This document shows positions 57,697-64,000 of a stretch of 64,000 bases of DNA, one piece after another. Made by a program: the position numbers and the translations under genes. The first letter of the stretch is position 1. The number at the start of each line of letters is the position of its first letter. The stretch covers positions 248,001-312,000 of the forward strand of contig JBNJNM010000009.1 in the NCBI GenBank assembly GCA_052426225.1, read 5' to 3'. The notes under the pieces were generated by a model. That model made no database searches. It was given only the letters and a program-made list of their open reading frames with translations, and was not told the DNA's origin. The stretch is from Zancudomyces culisetae HAW-14-8 (Eukaryota; Fungi; Kickxellomycota).

Positions 57697-60600
57697 TGTT
57701 GTATTGTATTTCTAGATTTTTTATTTTCTATTATTGCTTTTTTATCGTCTTATGTCACTAAATGATACCTATAAAGCCTAGTGAATCACAAGCAATTTTT
57801 CTATGCTTTTTGTATTTTTTTTGGATTTCAAGATGTTTTCCTATTATTGATCCTTACTTGATTGTGTGTTTTTTTTTGTTATATTCTCCCTTTTTCAAAG
57901 AGATTTTATCCTTTTCCCTGTAGCTTTTTATAAGAATATTGATGGCTATTGTTAATATCAGATATTGGTATATTGGGATTTTATCACATTCAATGTTCTT
58001 GGCACCAAATGTTCAAAAACTACTGATCTCCCTTTCCCCTTTGTGCTGGTTACCTGAGGGAGAAGAATTGTATTTTAGTTTGTCGTTATATGCGTACCCC
58101 CTTTATTAAATCTAAAACGCACGTTTTTATATCTTGTGATATATGATTGTGTTGTAATGAGGTTTTTTCTTGGTATTTAACTCCTTAATCTCTAGTAGCT
58201 GATAAAAATAATGAAATTTTTTTTACGCTGAAAAAAAAGAAAAAGTTTGAGTATTTCGGTAATAACGGTGATGAATTTTAACGAATACCATTACAAATCA
58301 CAACGTTTATTGGACAACTAAATTATCAGAACAAGCAAAAAAGAAAAAAAAGGGCAAAAAAACGAGAATGAGTGATAACTTGTGCTTATCGATTTAGGTA
58401 AATACCAGCAAAAAAAATAAAATAAAAGAATTATCCGTTCAATACGATGTGCTTTTTAGTTTCCATCTCTCCCCGCCACCTGCTGGTGTTTGGCCAGATT
58501 CTTACCTCTTGGAAAAGTGATGGTGATAATGAGGTGGTGGTAGTGGGAGAGTGAGCAAGAAGAACATGGAAAACTCCTAAAATGCTGTTTAGTAATCAAA
58601 AATGGAATGGACGATTATTTTGTAAAAAGTAACCTCTTCCCACTTGCTCGAAAATTTGCGTATTATACATTTATCCAAATTAAGATTCTCAGGAATAATG
58701 TTTTATTTTTTGTACTGTTTCATAATTTGCAGGAACAAACTTGAGCAAGAAAATCCTCCAGTTCTTATACTTTCCTACTCTTTTTTTTCGTCGGATTTCA
58801 CGTTTTACACCCAGAAACTTATTAATAATCCTCATCTTGGTGTTTGTATAAAGAGCAACCACAAGCTTAAAAAAAAACAAACATAAAACGATTTAAAAGG
58901 TCAAAGTATTTGTCAGCGGCTTATGAGTTTGCAAACAACAAAGAGAGAGGGGATGTGAGTTGTTAGAACGTATAATTGCTAAATGCATAATGGGTTGTTA
59001 TAATCACCTACTGCTTCGAACCTTTGTATTTGTTGGATATTTGTCAATGCATAAATGGTGTGGAGTGCAAGGAATACAAAAAGCAAAAATTATACGCTCA
59101 CTTTTCTTTCCACCTCCTAATGTAAATTCCGGTTGCTCCTAAACATATGAAAACATGTAATCAACATGAATCAATTACAAGACTGAGCAACTTTGCATCC
59201 ATCTCTATCATTCCGTGGGTTTATAAGCAGATCTTTTATTTTGTTTGTGCTTTTTTCGGAAAGAAGTGGGAGAAAGAGTTGGAGTTGGAGTTGGGGATGA
59301 GGTGTTATAAAAAAAAGATGGTTCAATCAAATGCGCAGTTCTTATCAGATAAGAAAAATATTGTGAATTAGGAAAATCCATATAAACACTTTATTTTTTC
59401 CATGGTTTTTACAAATACAAGTAAATACCCAGTCCGGTTTTAACCTATTGTGTAAATTTAAAGAAACAAATGTATTGGTGCGACTTTAAAACAATGTAGG
59501 GGGGAAGCTCAAAGAAAGCATGTCTTAAACGGGTCGAGTTATATTTGATTAGGACAAAAAAGTATAGGTATTCGAGAAAAAGAAAAGATTAGTCTTTTGG
59601 TTTTTTATATGAAAGATAAATGAGGAGTGAGAGAAGGGAGAGGGGAGGGGAGAAAGTAGATTAGGTGTATCTCCTTGGGCGATTATAAAACATATAAAGG
59701 CAGGAGGTATTTATTACCTTACACTTCATTTGTAGAATGAACAAACTATTCTAGTATATAAATCAACAGGTGTGTTTATTAAGAATCTTGCAGGCCACAC
59801 TCATTGTTTTCATTCCCTCCTTCAACTTGCGGGTAAATGAGCAATTTGGACTTTTGAATGAATAAATAATATTGCAATTTTGGTGGAGCTGGACAAAGAG
59901 TTCCTCGTGGGTTTATAGAAGACGTTATTAAATTTACAGAAGGAAGAGAAAGCAGCTGTATATCATCTATATTTGTTTTTATAATTTATTTATTGGGAGG
60001 CTTGTATATGCTAGGAGCATCATGATATAAATATAGAGATAAATACTAATGTAAGTTAAAAAAGGGGGATACGAAAATAGGTGATAAAACAAAGTAAAAT
60101 AAAATAAAATAAAGAGCTGATATTCAATTATATGCGCATTGAAGGTGGAAAATGCATATCGCCACACTACAACACACCATTTCATACTATACTCCTATTG
60201 AATGTCTATGTATATTTTTTTGATGGGCTATTTTTTAGTCGTGTTGTATTGATTGGCTTTACTTTGTGCATTTCGAATGTAATCTGGGCAGGAAAGGTAT
60301 AAATAAAATCGGGTGATGAACAGCAAATAATAGGTTGGGATAATTTGCCACTAAAGTAGACCGTTTGAGAGGCACGCACATGGGGGGTTTTTTTTAGATG
60401 CATTTGAATTATAAAAGGAGTTGAAATTTTGAGGAGGAGGGGAAAGGAGCTGGTTATTAGTGAGAGAAGAAAGAGTGGGAAGAGATGAGGGAAGAAAGGC
60501 ACTACGAAAAAAAAAGAAAAGAAAGGAAAAGAAATAGAGAATAAAACATGCTAACTTTTTGTATACTAAATTACCAATTTTTGCATAAACGTAAATGCCA

Positions 60601-61034
60601 TTTACAAGTAAATAAATAAACAAAATACGAAATAATGAAAAAACGAAAAAACGAAAATTCATAGTTAAATTCGATTGAACAAGTATCATGAATAAATTTT
60701 TTTAGCAAATAGTATTGGCTTTTTAATCTCCGATTATTATCATAATTTACCAGTCTTGGGTTATAATTAACAGGAACATTTAAAAATCAAGTTTTGGTAA
60801 TTATTTTTTCGTTAATAGCTCCACATAAATTGCAAGTTGAAATATCTCTATGTTTTCACAAAGTAAAGATTTCATTTAAAAGAGTAAAACTAATATTATA
60901 CCTACACCAGGTAAAAAAAAAGAACAAAAAAAGTGGTAAAACAGTATTAGGAATATTCAAAAGTATATTCGATATTAAAATAATAAAATACGAGTAAAAG
61001 GAAAGATAATAAAAAACAAAGAAAAAACAAAGAA

Positions 61035-62941
61035 ATGAATAGAGATAAGGGAGGGTTATCAAGTCCATATTCTTGGATGAAAGTCCAAGCTTCTGAGGTC
61101 ATTCAGACACAAAAAACAGTAGTAGTGTAAGTATGCGTGTGTATGTGTATGTGGGTGGGTGGGGGGGGGGTTCTGTACTATTTTTATTTTAATACTCCTT
61201 TTTGTAGCGGGTGGGTTTAGGACGCAGCTTATGTTGTATAATTAAAAATGATATGTTGAGCAATATTTAATATAATGACAAAAAAGGGAAGTTTGGCAGA
61301 CAAGATATTAACAAGCGGTGATAAATGAATAAATGGTGGAAAATAGGGATTCTGAGGCCAGCGTTTTTGAAGCGTGTTTATTGTTGATAAAAAACGAGAT
61401 ATCCTCAGTGCCAATATACGATAAAAAAAGCTCAACATATTTGGGGTTGTTCGATCTGCATGATTTGGTGAGACATATCAATAGGAGTTTGAGCAAGAGC
61501 GGAACCGGTTCACCAAGATCAGGCAAGTAGTGTAATATAATAATCACTGTGTGTGTGTTTTTTTATGTTTATAAAAACGAACATAAGAGCTATAATGGCT
61601 AATGAAAGGTTTTTTTTTTGGGGTGGGTGGGACGAATTTTGGGATAAAATAGGAATTATGGAAGCAACAAAATATTATAGCAGACGAAAGATTAGTGCAT
61701 TTGGGAGAAGCGGTGAGGGTGTAAATGGGATGGAGGAGAATATACGCAGCTCAGCAACAGGGGAGCAGTTGATAGAGCCAGAGGAAAAGATAAGACGAAG
61801 TAGCGTAACGATAGATAGGGAGAGGCTTATGAATAAGCTGAAGGAACATCAGGCGGAAGAGGAGAAAGCAGGAGGAATGCTTGCGAGGAGAAAGAGTAGG
61901 GAGCTACAAAAGTTAATAGACTTGGGGAGGAGTGAGAATGAAGGGTTTTTGGAGACAAAAGTACTGGATCTAAGTGACGAGAGCCAACAAAACCCGTTAT
62001 ATGCGGTGATGGCAGAAAGCACGATGGCACAGATAGCGGATGTGTTTGGGGCAGGGATTCACCGAGTGGTGGTAATGGGCAACAATAGCGAGAATATGGA
62101 AGGGATTCTGTCGCAATCAGCAGTGATAAAGTATCTGTATGGAAATAGCAACAACAAGTTTGCAGAATTGGGGCCAATTTTGGATACGACGCTGGGAGAT
62201 CTGCAGCTAGCGTACAAAAACGTGACAGCAGTTCGATCCGGGACACCATTGACGTCAGCGCTATTTTTGATGGACCGACAAGGCATCAGCTCACTGCCAA
62301 TTATTGATGACCAGTGGAGAATCCTTGGGTGTATTTCGCTGTCGGATGTCAAATACCTTGTGCTTCCACAGTTCAAGCATCTTATTCGGGTAACATGCAG
62401 AGAGTTCATGCAGAGTATTCGGTACTTCCAGGGGTTAGCTGATGGTCGTGATAAGATGCCAGTCTTTTGTGTGTACCCCGACACCAAGCTGCGATCAGTT
62501 ATTGCCAAGCTGGTGGCTACTGACTCGCACCGTGTGTGGGTTACCCAACCCGGAAACTCGGTGACTAAACTGGGTGGCAGCTACACTGGTGGTGGAAATG
62601 ACATTGAACTGCGAAGATCGCTTTCCCGAGGTTCTGCGCATAGTAACGCCAACAATCCTGCTACAAACACATCTTCGTCAATGGGAACTGGGAGTGGACC
62701 GCTGTCATTAGCTGGAAAGGCGGCAGGGTACGAGTCGGATGGGACTAGCAGCGATGTATCTGATACTTTGAGTAGTGGTGGAAGTCGCCATCTTGCAGGC
62801 GGAATTGTGGGGATGGGTTCAGCGCTTGTGGAAGGCTCGGTGTGTGGTGTGGTCAGTTTGACTGACATTATGCATGTTTTGTCTAACCGCACTCAGGCCT
62901 GTAATGATTCTCAATCCGACAATCTGGCTCATATGTGCTAA
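61035..62941 (+). CDS. SDS23: CBS-domain protein Sds23-like, 3 exons (61035-61126, 61347-61522, 61653-62941), 518 aa, second intron GC-AG
   Basis: VDSEASVFEACLLLIKNEISSVPIYD..GLFDLHDL, GAGIHRVVV, GILSQ, GISSLPIID, GCISLSDVK, VIAKLVATDSHRVWV, GVVSLTDIM. Confidence 0.88.
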
Positions 62942-62972
62942 TTCTTTTTTATTTATTTATTTATTTACTTGT

Positions 62973-63967
62973 TTATTTGAGTTTTAGTATTTTAAACTCA
63001 TCACTATGTACTAATTTTGCCAAATAAATCAGTTTTTCTGTTTCTATTTGGAACAAGCGTTTGTTGGGTTGGATTTGGGCTAGCCCCAATAAATCGCCAA
63101 GCTTGTTTTCTTTCTCATCCTTACTATCTTGGTGGTAGTTCTTAACTATTAGTTTTAGCCCGTTTTGAATGGTTTTGTTTTTTGACATGGACAAGAATTT
63201 AAGCAAGTTTTCCAGCTCTTCAAACGATGCCAAAATATCGCCACTATTGAGTGGTAATGGTGTGAATTTGACCACACTGGCGTTTACTTTTGGTTGTGGG
63301 ATAAAGCTGGCTTTGTTCACCTGGTATATGATTTTTGGATCAAACAGACATGACGTCAGAATAGATAATCTGCTGCGTGATGGGTCTCCAATAGGTGCCA
63401 CAATCCGGTTGGCCACCTCGGTTTGGAACATCAATGTCATTGTGATTTCTCGGTCTATTTCCATTTCACCATTATCATTATCATTATCATGATCATGACC
63501 ATTGACATCGTATTTACTCGTATTAACTTTGTTGTTTCGGGTATATATCAGTCGAATCAATTCTATCAATATCTTTGTTGATACATTGAATGGTAGATTT
63601 CCCATAACATTAATTCTCTCTATATTCGAATCTGTCCCAGTGTACACTTTAACATCCCTCTCCAAATCCTTCTTGTTCTCTTGCTTTCCCTTCTCCTCTT
63701 CCTTTTTTACCCTCACTTTTGTCAATATTTCATCCTTTATAATCCCATTCATATGTTCCAGCACATCACCCAGAATCAATTCATACTTGCTTTCACTTTT
63801 CTGAATCTCACCACCACTGCTACTAGTTGTGCTCACATTATTTTCTGCATGTTGTTGGTACAAATATAACAATTCTTCTAGAATTGGTCGAAACTTCTCG
63901 TCCTTCTCTATTAACAATAGATCTTTGGCTCCATAATCGATTATTGATCTTGTTAGTAATCCTGGCC
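62973..63967 (-). CDS. TFB1M: rRNA adenine dimethyltransferase, mitochondrial TFB1M/KsgA-like; last exon only, 5' part off-window
   Basis: After acceptor AAATAG (63968): GPGLLTRSI..LLIEKD, VMGNLPFNVST, MTLMFQTEVANRI, RSRLSI, FIPQPKVNASVVKFTP. Confidence 0.85.
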
Positions 63968-64000
63968 CTATTTAAATATATCCAAAATCAAATTGTTTTT

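Noticed and set aside
2739-63869. Numerous short antisense or overlapping ORFs in the track (e.g. 4398-5003, 6480-7100, 17123-17674, 34803-35342, 62059-62508)
   Set aside because: Shadow ORFs of real genes, F/L/S-rich, often with non-ATG starts and no domain motifs.

Overview
Eukaryotic, AT-rich fungal nuclear DNA with short spliceosomal introns. The gene set (RAX1, SIP5, SDS23, a fungal MHR transcription factor, an animal-like TFB1M, Tyr-type GSTs) points to an early-diverging fungus, possibly Harpellales/Kickxellomycotina (inference only). About 18 host genes can be built, many by joining the ORF track across introns: two tandem GSTs, a GRIP golgin, an MHR-only TF, IPP1, GPR89/GPHR, RAX1, SIP5, coronin, a CipC-like protein with GYNQG repeats, TMEM256, MTM1/SLC25A39, SDS23, partial TFB1M and four orphans. 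The stand-out element is a complete, uninterrupted 5.6-kb non-LTR retrotransposon (2139-7757, minus) between the two GSTs. It has a perfect 14-bp TSD, a poly(A) tail, an L1/Tx1-type ORF1 and an ORF2 with an unusual ~160-aa N-terminal extension. Window-wide signals are a kb-scale sawtooth purine/pyrimidine skew, 3' splice sites that are all TAG (mostly AATAG, no polypyrimidine tract) and two probable GC-AG introns out of 14. No tRNA, rRNA or CRISPR was recognised.
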